From Chiloscyllium plagiosum (taxonomy: Eukaryota): a DNA stretch of 64,000 nucleotides. The position numbers were made by a program, and so were the translations under genes. Under the pieces are notes generated by a model. The model made no database searches, was not told the origin of the DNA, and worked only from the letters and a program-made list of their open reading frames with translations. Below, in pieces: positions 11,782 to 64,000 of the stretch. The stretch is from NCBI RefSeq assembly GCF_004010195.1, contig NC_057733.1:9253076-9317075 (forward strand), written 5' to 3'. The number at the start of each line of letters is the position of its first letter. Within the stretch, counting starts at the first letter, position 1.

Positions 11782-14700
11782 GTAAGGCAGCAATATTTGA
11801 GCAAGAAAAACCTAAGATGAATGTTAATTAGATTCTTCCCCAGACAAGCTTTGCAATTGTTCCTGGATCAAATTCGTTTTTCTAAACTCCTGTTTGGATA
11901 TCTCTCTCATTCTCTCCAGACTGCTTCAGTTGAAGCATCATTCAGTGTCCCTCGTGAGTCTCTGTAACTGTGAATAACTTCTTCACTAACTTTCCAGTAG
12001 GAACTTTGCAGTGGAATGTTATTGTTAAAGGGACAGAGGTTAGCTAAAGCACTTCAACCTACTTAAAATCAACAAGTGTATGTTCTACAACTTAGATTTA
12101 TTTTGCATTTCTCAGATTAAAAACATTTAAGCTGCATCACAGGACTATTACAAGGTTGCACTTGACACTGAGCCACCTAAAGTATGTTCAAAGAGGGGCT
12201 ACCAATGTTTCTTAAAAATAAAGGAAGTACGACTACCAATGGTGGCATGATTTAGAAATGCTCAAGAGGACATAATTAGTGGAATGTAGAAATCCGGCAG
12301 AGATTTAAAAACAAGGATGAGAATTTTAAAATCGTATCATGCACATGTCAATTACAGTAGTTGAGTCTAGCAATAGCATAGGCATGTATAAGAATTTCAG
12401 CAACAGGTAAGCTATGGCAAGGACCAATGGGACGATGTTACAGAGGTGGAAAGATATCATACACAGTTGGAATCGTGAGTCTAAATATGACACTAAAATT
12501 CACACAAAGCTGAAGATTTTCTTTAATAATGTTGAATGATCTTAAATCTTCCACATATAATGTTGGGAAACATAAGGCTGAAACTGCTGTGATTTAAGTC
12601 CAGAGAAATTATATCCATCTCAGCTTCTTGTAGTTTTGTTGACATGAATGAACTGTGGAGACTTCCAAGTCTGAAAGCATAAACTTTCTCAGCTCTCATA
12701 ATCTGCAAATTGGGAAGATTCATAAATTAATGTCCATACTGTTGGTGTTACAACATTTAAGGCCACTTGATTTGTTTTCAACTCAAAATAATTTAGTATT
12801 GAGCAACGTTTTTAAATTTAATTCAGAAAGCATCAGGGTTGAGTTCTAATGCAAGTTTAGTTTCTTTCTTAGGAAGAGTTCAGGGAATCAGTCACCTTTG
12901 GAGAGGATTTAGTTTGTGAATCTTCCCACATGGACAAAGGTAGCAACTATTAGAATATTAACATCCTCTAAATTTCCCTTCACTATTCCCAAAAGTGTTT
13001 CAGGATGCTGGATTTTGATTTTTTTTTCCTGAAAAAAATGAACTATTAGTTACAATTGCACCAAATAACTGGAGATGCAAATAGCTTGAACACCATACAC
13101 ATATTGATTGAATCCTTTGAACCCAAATCCTCACTACTTTTACACAGTAGAACCGTAAAATTTGCAGGTTTCTACCTTTTAAAAAAAAATCTCTGGTAGA
13201 ATGCAAAATAGGATTTTTGTTTTATATAGGGCATTCCAGAACCTGAGGCTGTCCCAAAAGCATTGGAGAATCAATTAAGCACTTTTGAATTGTAGTCAGT
13301 GTTGTAATAGAAATAACACGATGGCTAGTTCACACATAACAATCCCACAAACAATAATGGACAAGATTAATAGCTCCTCTGTTGCAGTAGTCATTTGGAA
13401 CTCTGGCCATTTTTTTTTGGAGGGAAGACAGACAAAAGCTGGTGATGGCAGCCAGAGCCCAGAAGTCACTTAAGGGTCTTAACTGGTCACAAGTCAGGAT
13501 GAGGCCACTATCTCACAAGGGGCAACTCACCCAAGTATTTGCCCGTCTTGCTATCTCCAGGCAGGGGATAATCAGACCAAAGAATCTATGGAATTTAACA
13601 GATAGGACAGAATGGGGTATGTTTATTAATGCCTCATTATAAAAATAGCACACTTGACAGTGCAGCCCTTTGTATTATACTAATGTCAACCTAAATTTCT
13701 CTCATCAACTTTTGGATTACCTTCCAACTCATATGATAGAACTCACCTATGAACCACAGGTAACAGAATGATTCGTAATAAAATGGCAAGTGGTGATATT
13801 TTTGACCACAGTTCAGACAAAGACTATACTAAAACTGGAGTGAAACAGCAGGTTACCAACAAACAGCTTTCTGTAGTATCATGGAATGGAGACCTTGATA
13901 ATGGAGGAGCAAAGATGAGTAATCTGTATGGAAAGTTTGGACTAAACTGTAGTCTGTTTTACCATAAGCAAGCAACAATGGAATGATTGAACTTTGTGTA
14001 GTGTTGAAAGTTGGGTATAAAAGGAGTAATTTTGTAGAAACATCAAACAATGGCAAATTCTAGGAAATTGATTATCATTTTAAACCAGCACAGAATATTT
14101 GGTTTTACTACAAAGAATACTACAGAAGTTGATTGCTGTTCTGTAACACGTCAAACTTCAGTTGAAGGATCCATAATACAAAACAAGAATGAAGTTTTCA
14201 CACCAGTGGGGAGGAGAAATTTACATTGTAAATTCATTGCTAGGTCAACACAAAGAATGATTCTAGCTTGCTAAATAACCACAGGTGCATGTAAGTAATC
14301 CAAACAAGGTTTTAATTATGTACAAATTCAGTATTTTTGGTGAGCACTAACGTTTCTTAACACAAGATTGTTATGGTACATACATGCATCAGAGTGATAT
14401 GAAGCATTTTCCTGATGTTTATATAGTGATTAAAGGATCAACCAGAAACAATACAGGTCCAACACCAGCATTGCCATTAATTCTGTCACGTGCAACTCAA
14501 GAGAGAAAAGAAAGCACACAGAATACACAAATGTACACATTTAAGACTATGGCAATCTGGATGAAAATTGGTCAGTGAAATGCTTTGGTGAACTGTGGGA
14601 ACTCAAAAGTACTATTCTCAAATACAGCAATCAAACAGAGATTGAAAATCACCTTGAGTGGTGATGTTACCATTAGTTTATCTTTTCATTCAACATAAAT

Positions 14701-17360
14701 CATTATTGAATATGCTGCAAGTATTTGTTGACTTAATTTCACTTACCTTCGTCTGTCACAGATTATGCTGTAGTTTGTACATTTAGAATCACAATCTACA
14801 TTTACACAGTAAAACAAAAATGTGCATGAGAAACAAATTAGTTAATTTTGAAGGCATGACCCAAATTAGCTTCAACTTGGCAATATTTGAGTGTATGTCA
14901 TATTTCTAAACTGGATTTCACCAAAGCATATCTCATTCACTCATGTTTCACTTGCTGTTAAAGGAGTGGTCATTTCAAGAAATGAATGGATACTTGCTCT
15001 CAATTTTTGCTGAACCCAGTTCCACCCTCCAAACAAAAATCTGACCCTCTTTCCTTCCATAGCTGCAGAACAAGCTTTCTCCTTTTTCACTTGAAAAGAA
15101 CAGATGGTTTCAAGAAAGTCTGCAGTTGGAATTGTAGTGGGAGATGCCACCTCACAACATTTTGCTTGGTTATCTTCATCACAGGCCATGATTTTCAGCA
15201 TCCTGCTGCTTGTCAGAAAACTGGAGAAAGGTTCTGCTTAAATGTAATTCATGTTTTTAAAAAAATATAAATACCTAATTAAAAATGGGAACTTGCTGGG
15301 AAAAACATGGCAACAGGTTTAAATTAATTCTATAGCATCAAAATTAACTTTTGCTCATTTTCCTATTGTTTGCAAGAAGTGGGTGGCGGGGGGGTGAAGG
15401 CAGAAAAGGAATGTAATTATTCACAGTTTCAATTGAGTGAGTTTCCAGTTTCTGAAACTTTAACATTACCCTTTGCACTTAAAATTCATCAAAGCTAGTT
15501 TGTGTATATAGCGTTGGTTAATTTCCACATCGCGAATCAATGAACAGCCAATCCCTAGCCTTCACCTTGTGAACTCCTCCTACTGCAGATTCTATTCAAA
15601 CCTTCAGTCAGGTTCAAGACAATGACACCTACTCTCAGATTTCAATTGTCAAACCTGCTTTCTCTTTATGCCATAGTTCCTTTGTCTCATCATTTACTAA
15701 TTTCATTCATCAGAAACAAAAATATATTTTGGTTTAAAAAGTTAGACTTTGAATAATGAAAGATTGGTGATGTGGAACAATATTGAAGGGTAAAGTTCCT
15801 AAGATACTAAAGAAAGACTTTCAAAAACATGTGACTTCTCAAAGCACTTTATAGCTAAAATACCTTTTTGAAGTGTGGTCATTTGTTGGAATGCAGCAGT
15901 GAATTTGTGTCAAGCAAAATCTCACAAACAGCAATATGATATTGACCATATGACATTATTTGTGCTGCTGATTGTGTCCTGACCAAAACTGCTCAATTAG
16001 TAGTTGTGTGTGAATAAGGCCATTAAAAAATGACCAATAACAGTATTTTGTGTCAAGAGATGTAGAATATAAAAGGTTGAATAATGGTAAATCTATATAA
16101 ACTCATTTAAAATTCACAGCTGGGAGTAGATACAGTTCTGAATTTACATTATAGAAAGGGTGTTGAGGCATTACTGTCCCTAGTAGGAGAAAATAGAAAT
16201 AGTAAAGACTCACAAATACAAGAGTTTATGGTATGATTTTACACGTTTAAAATTTTGAAGGAATGAGACAAAAATTGCCTCTGCAAATGATGGAACGAGA
16301 GGACAGTTTCTTTGAAACAGACAAGTAAAACTTATCCCCAGAATGAGCATTTAAAAGCAGAAACCACAGGATAGATTTCCATATTTATCACCTTAGTGCT
16401 AAACATCACTTGAGTGTAGTGTAAAAAGCAAAAGTAGCAAGATGTCATGCCACTTAGCAGAACTTACCAATTCTTTACTTGCATTTTTTCCCAGTTAGTA
16501 ATTACATAAGATTGCCCACTTGTCAATTTCAAGAATTGATTAATACAGTCTGAAGGAAAATGAGCCACAATGGATAGGAATCAATTGTGAGAAGGGGAAA
16601 CACCAACTCAGACTAGCTGGATTGAAAGAGGTTTCTGTGCTGTAATTTTCATTGTAATATTCCAAATACTTCCAAGAGCAGTACAGATAACTGGATGCAA
16701 AAGATAATCCAATTTGTGAGAATAAATATTCTTTGGTTCTACTTGTTTAATTTTGTATTACTTAGTATTTGTATTGCTGTTGCCAGGCTGATGTAAATAA
16801 CAGCTCAGCTGCCAGTGGCAGATTGGTCATGTATCCATAAATGCTTTAAGTGAAATAAGATGACAAATTCAGAATTCCCACCAGTTGAGAACCACTCTAT
16901 TAACAAAACCTGTGCAAATATCCACCTCTACATGGCATTGAACAAACATTTATCCCATTGCTGCTGTTGAATTGGGTTATAGTTTTTTTTGCTAAATTAT
17001 ATTGTATCTGCAAAGATAGATTAGCATTTTTTTACACAGTTGCTTTCCACATTAATCCTTCACTGCCTACATTTTACTGGATACTTTCCTTGTTTGCAAT
17101 TGTATTAATTATAGTTGTAACTTCATCTATTCTCACATTTATAAACCATAGATAAGAGAAATCTCCCTCCCATTGTGTAGCAAAGCTGTGAATCATTTCT
17201 TTGTATAAAAGTAGTTTACAGATATACAGACAATGCAAAAAAGAAACAGTTTGTGTACAATTGTATTTCTGGAACTGCAAATTTGCTTTTGAAACAGAAT
17301 TAAAGTTGCCTCCACATCTTTATAGTACAAACTAGCTTTAGAGCTAGTCCTGTAATAATT

Positions 17361-17366
17361 AATAAA
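17361..17366 (+). promoter_or_regulatory. Candidate polyadenylation signal of a convergent + strand transcript
   Basis: AATAAA at the end of a U-rich, 3'UTR-like tract (about 16700-17360) that contains TGTAAATA at 16792-16799. Confidence 0.35.
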
Positions 17367-17607
17367 TACTGTCTGTGTATACAGTCGCTCCAGAATTGAA
17401 GAAGCCAGATCATTTGCCGCCCAGCACTTTGAAAAGTAGCACGACCATCAGATGGAACATTTCAACGAAACCGCTTGCTTAATTACAATCATGACAACGA
17501 CAACAAAGAGAGCTGAAACACAAAGCCCGAGGAGGAAGCAATTGTTACTGGTCCAGATACCTCCGCTATGATGTACAACCAGTAAAACCAATTTTTTGAT
17601 TTTAAAG

Positions 17608-17613
17608 TTTATT
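17608..17613 (-). promoter_or_regulatory. Candidate polyadenylation signal of U2AF2-like gene
   Basis: AATAAA on the minus strand about 345 nt after the stop, followed by U/GU-rich TTGGTTTTACTGGTTGT. Confidence 0.6.
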
Positions 17614-17957
17614 GGCTGAAACCAGGTATAGTGCTCATACCAGTTTCACTAGACTGGCAGAAACAGTCCGTACACAACTTTGCTCTGTAAGCTGAAAAAA
17701 ATGTTGCCCAACACTATAAAAAAGATACAATTCAATTTACAAGGCTCTTGCTATCACAACTCCTGAAACATGGATCTTTACCCAAAATCATTCAGATCAC
17801 TTACAACATCAAGACAGCCGTGCTAAAAATAAACTGAATTTGACTACTACAAACTGACCCAAGTCTGTGCTGTTTTATACAAATCTAGTCATTGCTATAA
17901 ACAAAGCTTTTTAGTCATAAATGCAGACAGCAAGTTGGCTGCATCTGGTATGTGTTG

Positions 17958-57743
<39,786 letters not shown>

Positions 57744-58739
57744 CTAAAAACAAAGACAGTTATGTTCAGAATCAAGTTATAACACTTCATGAAAATGGAA
57801 AATTGGGCATGCTCTACTAACAGACAGCTAAACTGATGTTAAAATAAACAAAGGATTTTGGATATTGTAAATCTGAAACAAGAAACATAGCAGATCTGGC
57901 AACATCTATAGAGAGAAAATAGAGTTAATGTTTTGAGTTCAATGACTCTTTGTCAGAGCAGGTTCCACTTTTTAGTTAGTTCTACTTTTGGGGGGCATAG
58001 TTCTGAATTCGGAAGATAAAACCTGGATACCAAAATGGATAATTTCACACAGACAGATGAAAACTTAGCAAATTTGCTACATTCTACTGAAGCAAAGATA
58101 TATTTCTAAGGGAACAGGACCATTTTGTCACATTGCCTTTCTGCACTGCAGCCAGTTGAAACCCTTAAGTATGCAATTTAAATATCAACCCAATTGTAGG
58201 CAGGGGGCTCCCCAAGCAGAGAGCATGACAACATGCCCATTTAGGGTTGCTTACAGGATCTTGGGTTCTGAATCTGTTGTGTGTAGTGCATTGAATGGAA
58301 TAGAAAGTCCCTGTACAAAGCCACTTAAGTGCCAGATTCTTGATCCCAAGAGAAAGGCCTATTGCTGTACAGTTAACTCTTCAGCAATATCCCTTTCACT
58401 TTCATTAATTACCACTCAAAGTGTAAAGCACACAATGTAAATATGTAAGAACCCACTTCACCAAATTTTAACGAATGCTGTGCTGAGTATATATCCTTAC
58501 AGATGTAAAATTAAAGAACCTGAAAATAAATTAGCTGCGAGTTGCTACCAGTGAAGCCTTGATTGTAAGAGTTTTCTAATTTGGCAGCATGCAAGTAATT
58601 GAAATTCACATCTAAAGTTGCTCTATATTGACAAAGCAAGATGTAACAATGCGATACTGACATTATTTTAGTGATACAGGTTATCACATTAGCACCCTGA
58701 GAATTTCAAAGCCTAATTCTACCTTATCGCAGTTTAACT

Positions 58740-60480
58740 CATTCATAGAGTCATAGAGCATGGAACCAGACCTTTTGGTCCAACCAATCCATACCAAACA
58801 TAATCCCAAACTAAACCAGTCCCACCTACCTGCTCCAGGCCCATACCCCTCCAAACCTTTCCTATTCATGTCCTTACCCAAATGTCTTTCAAATGTTGTA
58901 ATTGTACCTATATCCACTACTTCCTCAAGAAGTTCATCCTGCACACGAATCACCCTGTGTAAAACAATGTTCCCCTCTTTTTAAATCTTTCTCCTCTCAT
59001 CTTAAAAAATGTGCCCTCTAGTCTTAAAATCCCCCACGCAATGGAAAGACAACCTCTCACTATTTTAGAAACTGCTCAACCTTCAGTGAAAAAAAAGTCC
59101 CAGTCTATTCAGCCTTTCTTGATAACTCAAACCTTCCTCACCCGGCAACATCTTGATAAATCTCTCCAGCTTAAAATCCTTCCTATAATAGGGTAACTAG
59201 AACTTTTCATAGTACTCCAGAGGATGCCTCACCAATGTCTGTACAACCTCAACATTATTCCCAACTCCTACACTCAAAGAACTGAGCAATGAAGGCAAGC
59301 CTGCCAAGCACCTTTTTAACCACCCTGATGCAAACTTCAAAGAATTATGTACCAGAATTCCTAGGTCCCTTTGTTCTACAACACTGCCCAAGACCCTCTT
59401 AACTCTGTAAGCAATACCCTTGTTTGTTAGAGAAAAATGCAATACCTTGTATTTATCCAGAATTAATTCCATCTGCTATTTTTCAGCCCATTGACCCATT
59501 TGATCTAAATTTCTTTGTAATTTTAGAAAACCAGCTTCACTATCTACTATGCCACGAATTTTTGTGTCGTCAACAAACTTACTAACCATGCCGTCTATAT
59601 TCTCATCCAAATTATTTTTATAATTGAAAAAACAAAGGAGGACCCAGAACTAATTCCTTTGGAACACCACTGGTGACAGGCCTCCAATCGAAAAAGGAAC
59701 CCTCACCACCCTGTAACGTGCTAAGTCAATTACGTATCCAACTGGCAAGCTAACCCTTAATCCCATATGACCTAACTTTACCAATTAATCTACCATGCGG
59801 AATCTTATCAAAAGCATTACTAAAGACCAAGTAAAAAATGTTTACAGTTCTGCCCTCATTAATTTTTTTGGTAACTTCCTCAAAAAAAAATGCAAGTTTG
59901 TGAGACATGATATCCCTTGCACAAAACCATGCTGACTATTCCTGATCAATATTTGCCTCGCCATATACCCATAAATCCTATCTATTATAACCATCTCCAA
60001 CAAATTACCCACAACTGAAGTCAGACTCTCAGATCTATAATTCCCAGTTTCTCCTTACAAACTTTCTTAAACAAAGGTACAATATTAGCCACTCTCAGTC
60101 ATCAGGCACCCTCACCTGTAGTTATAGATAATGCAAATATTTCTGCAAGGGATCTCACAATTTCTTCCTTTACTTCCTACAACATTCTGGGATACATTAG
60201 ATTATATCCCAGAGATTTATCCACTTTTTATATTCTAAGACCTCCTGAAATTCCTCTTCTGTAATGTGAACTGTTTTGAAAACATCAAAATTATTTCTCT
60301 GCATTCTCCAGTCTCCATTTCTTCCTTCACAGTAAAAGCTGACTCGAAATATTCATTATCTTGGCCATCCTATGGGGTTCAACACAAAGAATATCCCCTT
60401 GATTTTTAAGGGGCCCTACCCCCTCTCCAGTTACCCTCTTGCTCTTAACGTATTTGTAGAATTTCTTTAAAATTTCATGA
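58740..60480 (-). mobile_element. CR1/HER1-type LINE, 5'-truncated, in U2AF2-like intron 1
   Basis: ORFs 58684-58953, 59197-59472, 60327-60509 (KKFYKYVKSKRVT); tail CATAGAGTCATAGAG. Confidence 0.9.
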
Positions 60481-62206
60481 TATCTTATACTCCATGTCCG
60501 ACAACTCAATTTTTAACTATGGAAGAACGTATAAGAGCATACATATACAACTGAAATATGCAGAAAGGTGGAAGACTCAGGAGAGAAATTAGGGAAAAGA
60601 AATATGTCTTTCATGGTAAGAATTTAAAAGAATTTAGAATCAAAAACATATATCCAGACAGATACAAAAGCAGCAGCAGCACAAGTAGGCACACTATTAA
60701 AGGACAAGACCATTTTATGTCTAAAAGACATATCATAAAGATAGCATAGCAAGAAAGTACCAGTTTGTTTAAATCCCTGGTGAGACTCCATAATGGTTAC
60801 CCCAGTGCAGTGTGATTTATAAACAATGAATGTACTAGGGTCTAATCAGGGGTGAGTAGCAATAATGAAGGAGGACTTGAGTTAGGGCTCTTACCAGCAC
60901 AACAATGTCAAAAAGGCAAAGTTTTGTTTTGGGTCATTTTAAGAGAAATAAGCCAAGCAAATAATGATACTTTGAGAAAATAATGATTGGAAAAAAAACA
61001 ATTAGGATAGCATGTGCACAGAGTCAGGCTATTTGGCTCATCAGTCCATGTCAGTAGTTAGACTCGACTCAACCTACCTCCTACCTTTCCTCAGTAAAGT
61101 CCATCATTGTAACCATTTATTCCCTTGTCCCTTATGTATTTATCTAGGTTCCCCTTGAAAGTATCCAAGTCATTTGCTTAAACCACTCTCTATGGAAATG
61201 AGTTTTCAATTCTCATCAATGTTTGGGTAAAAATAATGCTTTTGAATTTTTCCCATTGGATTTTTTTGTTGACCATTTGCATTGATGATTTCTAGTTCCG
61301 TTCATTCCCACAAACGTACATACTATCTACCTTATGAAAACTTTTAATAGATTTTGAGGACCTCATTGGAGGTCACCCTTCAGTCTTTTTGAAGAGAGAA
61401 TTATTTGTCTATCTGATATTACTACTGGACAAGTTAGATCCTGGAAAGAAATCTAGTCTGATAGATAATTTTATTTACTTAGTAGATGTGGTGGTTGTTG
61501 AGCAAAACACAGTCATATGAGGTTGCAGATATTCTTTAACCAGGTTATTTTTAAAAAAAACCAAGCAACCTAAATAAAAAAACAGCTTGAGATATCTTAA
61601 AACACACAGCAAAACAAACCTATTCTCCAACACCACAATGAATCAAATTCAGAAAAATTATCCTTCTGCTTATTAAGTTCAACTTAGCTGATTCTTCCCA
61701 GGTCTTTCCTGTGAACTACGAAGCCTTCCATGAACACATTTGGAATTGAGAAGCTTACAATTTCTCCACTTCTAATAATGCAGATTTCTAACCAAGCATT
61801 CCTGGTTTTGTTTGTGAAACATCCAAAACTTACCTACTGGGGTAACAGCTTTCCCTGAATTGTCCTATACTCCTATCTAGGACAGAAAGTATATTTGCTT
61901 CTGAGCCAGTCAGGCCTCCTCTAAACTACCTACATTTTTCAGTGTTTGACTTTCCCAAGCGAAAATTAATCCTCGATTATCCATTAACAAGTTAATAGCC
62001 TTAAATGCTTACATTAATCGTAAAAACAATTTCTATTAACAGTCCAGGGTGGGGGCAGTCTCTGCTCTGATACAAGTCACTGTGGAGGGGGAACTGTCAG
62101 ATCTAGTTTCTTCTCCCACTCCCCCATACAATCCTGCACAAACACAACTATTCTAATACTGCCACTATCTTAAAATCCAAACTCAAATTATTTATATTAT
62201 GTAAAA

Positions 62207-62230
62207 ATATATATATATATATATATATAT
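62207..62230. repeat. (AT)12 microsatellite
   Basis: Direct reading. Confidence 0.95.
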
Positions 62231-62808
62231 AAAATCACAAAGGAGTCACAAAACTAAAGATGATGTCTGTTTGTACAGTGGTTAGAAGATATAATTCTAT
62301 GCTACCAATCACTGAAACTTGGAATATTACAAAAGCAGTAAGGGATCAGGTGTCTTGAAGAGTCACCCAATTGGCTTTGCTACTGTACATAGAGGTGTAC
62401 AGCATGGGAATTAATTAGTTATAAACCAGAAATTTGCACATTGACAAAGACATAACCTATTGGATGGTAATATTCAAGTCTTCTTTTTGGAATACCAATA
62501 TTCAGGGATTTTGTGGCCTTGATGACATTGTCAATAATGAAAATTGTTATTGCTATACTATGCAATAGTCTAAATGTAGAATAGCTAGTCTTCATTCATG
62601 GTATTTCCTGCCTTTACAGTCACCTGATCCACAGTACATTGCCATCCAATCCAAGGTCAGAGTTTTTGTTGGGGGGAAGCAGAGAAAAATATCAAGAGAA
62701 TGAAATGTCATGCCCTTGTTACGTTGTGGTATGCTATGTTTCTGTGGATTCATTTTTAAAAAAGCACTCTAGCTTCTATAGTTGTGTGCAGTCCTATGAT
62801 TCAATGCA

Positions 62809-64000
62809 GGAGGAGAAAGTGAGGTCTGCAGATGCTGGAGATCAGAGCTGGAAATGTGTTGCTGGAAAAGCGCAGCAGGTCAGGCAGCATCCAGGGAACA
62901 GGAGAATCGACGTTTCGGGCANNNNNNNNNNNNNNNNNNNNNNNNNNNNNNNNNNNNNNNNNNNNNNNNNNNNNNNNNNNNNNNNNNNNNNNNNNNNNNN
63001 NNNNNNNNNNNNNNNNNNNNNNNNNNNNNNNNNNNNNNNNNNNNNNNNNNNNNNNNNNNNNNNNNNNNNNNNNNNNNNNNNNNNNNNNNNNNNNNNNNNN
63101 NNNNNNNNNNNNNNNNNNNNNNNNNNNNNNNNNNNNNNNNNNNNNNNNNNNNNNNNNNNNNNNNNNNNNNNNNNNNNNNNNNNNNNNNNNNNNNNNNNNN
63201 NNNNNNNNNNNNNNNNNNNNNNNNNNNNNNNNNNNNNNNNNNNNNNNNNNNNNNNNNNNNNNNNNNNNNNNNNNNNNNNNNNNNNNNNNNNNNNNNNNNN
63301 NNNNNNNNNNNNNNNNNNNNNNNNNNNNNNNNNNNNNNNNNNNNNNNNNNNNNNNNNNNNNNNNNNNNNNNNNNNNNNNNNNNNNNNNNNNNNNNNNNNN
63401 NNNNNNNNNNNNNNNNNNNNNNNNNNNNNNNNNNNNNNNNNNNNNNNNNNNNNNNNNNNNNNNNNNNNNNNNNNNNNNNNNNNNNNNNNNNNNNNNNNNN
63501 NNNNNNNNNNNNNNNNNNNNNNNNNNNNNNNNNNNNNNNNNNNNNNNNNNNNNNNNNNNNNNNNNNNNNNNNNNNNNNNNNNNNNNNNNNNNNNNNNNNN
63601 NNNNNNNNNNNNNNNNNNNNNNNNNNNNNNNNNNNNNNNNNNNNNNNNNNNNNNNNNNNNNNNNNNNNNNNNNNNNNNNNNNNNNNNNNNNNNNNNNNNN
63701 NNNNNNNNNNNNNNNNNNNNNNNNNNNNNNNNNNNNNNNNNNNNNNNNNNNNNNNNNNNNNNNNNNNNNNNNNNNNNNNNNNNNNNNNNNNATTCCACCA
63801 AGGATATGCAGGTCTTTGGATTCCTCCATCGTCAGACCACAGCGAAACGATGGTTGGAGGAAGAACGCCTCATCTTCCGGCTAGGAACTCTCCAACCACA
63901 AGGGATGAACTCGGGTTTCACCAGTTTCCTCATTTCCCCTCCCCCCACCTTGTCTCAGTATAATCCATCGAATTCAGCACCGCCTTCCTAACCTGAGATC
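62809..64000 (+). mobile_element. Penelope-like element spanning the assembly gap (inverted terminal repeat left, GIY-YIG C-terminus right)
   Basis: After the gap: STKDMQVFGFLHRQTTAKRWLEEERLIFRLGTLQPQGMN, typical of the Penelope GIY-YIG domain end; 62809-62921 matches the repeat at 29489-29683. Confidence 0.8.
62922..63790. other. Assembly gap (869 N)
   Basis: Run of N. Confidence 1.

Noticed and set aside
60494-60510. ATGTCCGAC (MSD...) resembling the U2AF65 start
   Set aside because: On the wrong (+) strand and does not continue as FxEFE; adjacent to CR1
62639-63991. Long ORFs of 319-450 aa in the ORF track
   Set aside because: Artefacts of translating through 869 N

Overview
Eukaryotic (vertebrate) genomic DNA, most likely a shark: it is dense in CR1/HER1-type LINEs, HE1-like tRNA-derived V-SINEs and Penelope-derived repeats. 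The main feature is a U2AF65/U2AF2-family splicing-factor gene on the minus strand. Ten coding exons (57743 down to the stop at 17958) splice in frame, and nine of them have the same or nearly the same size as the human U2AF2 exons. Exon 1 is not in the readable sequence. The protein is a divergent U2AF2-like copy: longer RS exon, no equivalent of human exon 3, no C-terminal Trp. One intron is GC-AG. The most interesting signal is a transposon-poor block in introns 7-9 packed with cryptic polypyrimidine-AG acceptors, clustered 5' splice-site motifs and cassette exons that would introduce premature stops. This looks like an unannotated poison/decoy-exon autoregulatory module; it is inferred and needs RNA-seq and conservation data. 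A possible convergent spliced + strand transcript of unknown identity lies in 2.4-17.4 kb. Intron 2 holds a Gypsy LTR element with an intact 4-bp TSD and nested insertions, and a perfect 108-bp inverted duplication. An 869-N gap sits inside a Penelope element at the right end. Exon and intron numbers follow human U2AF2. Repeat boundaries are approximate.
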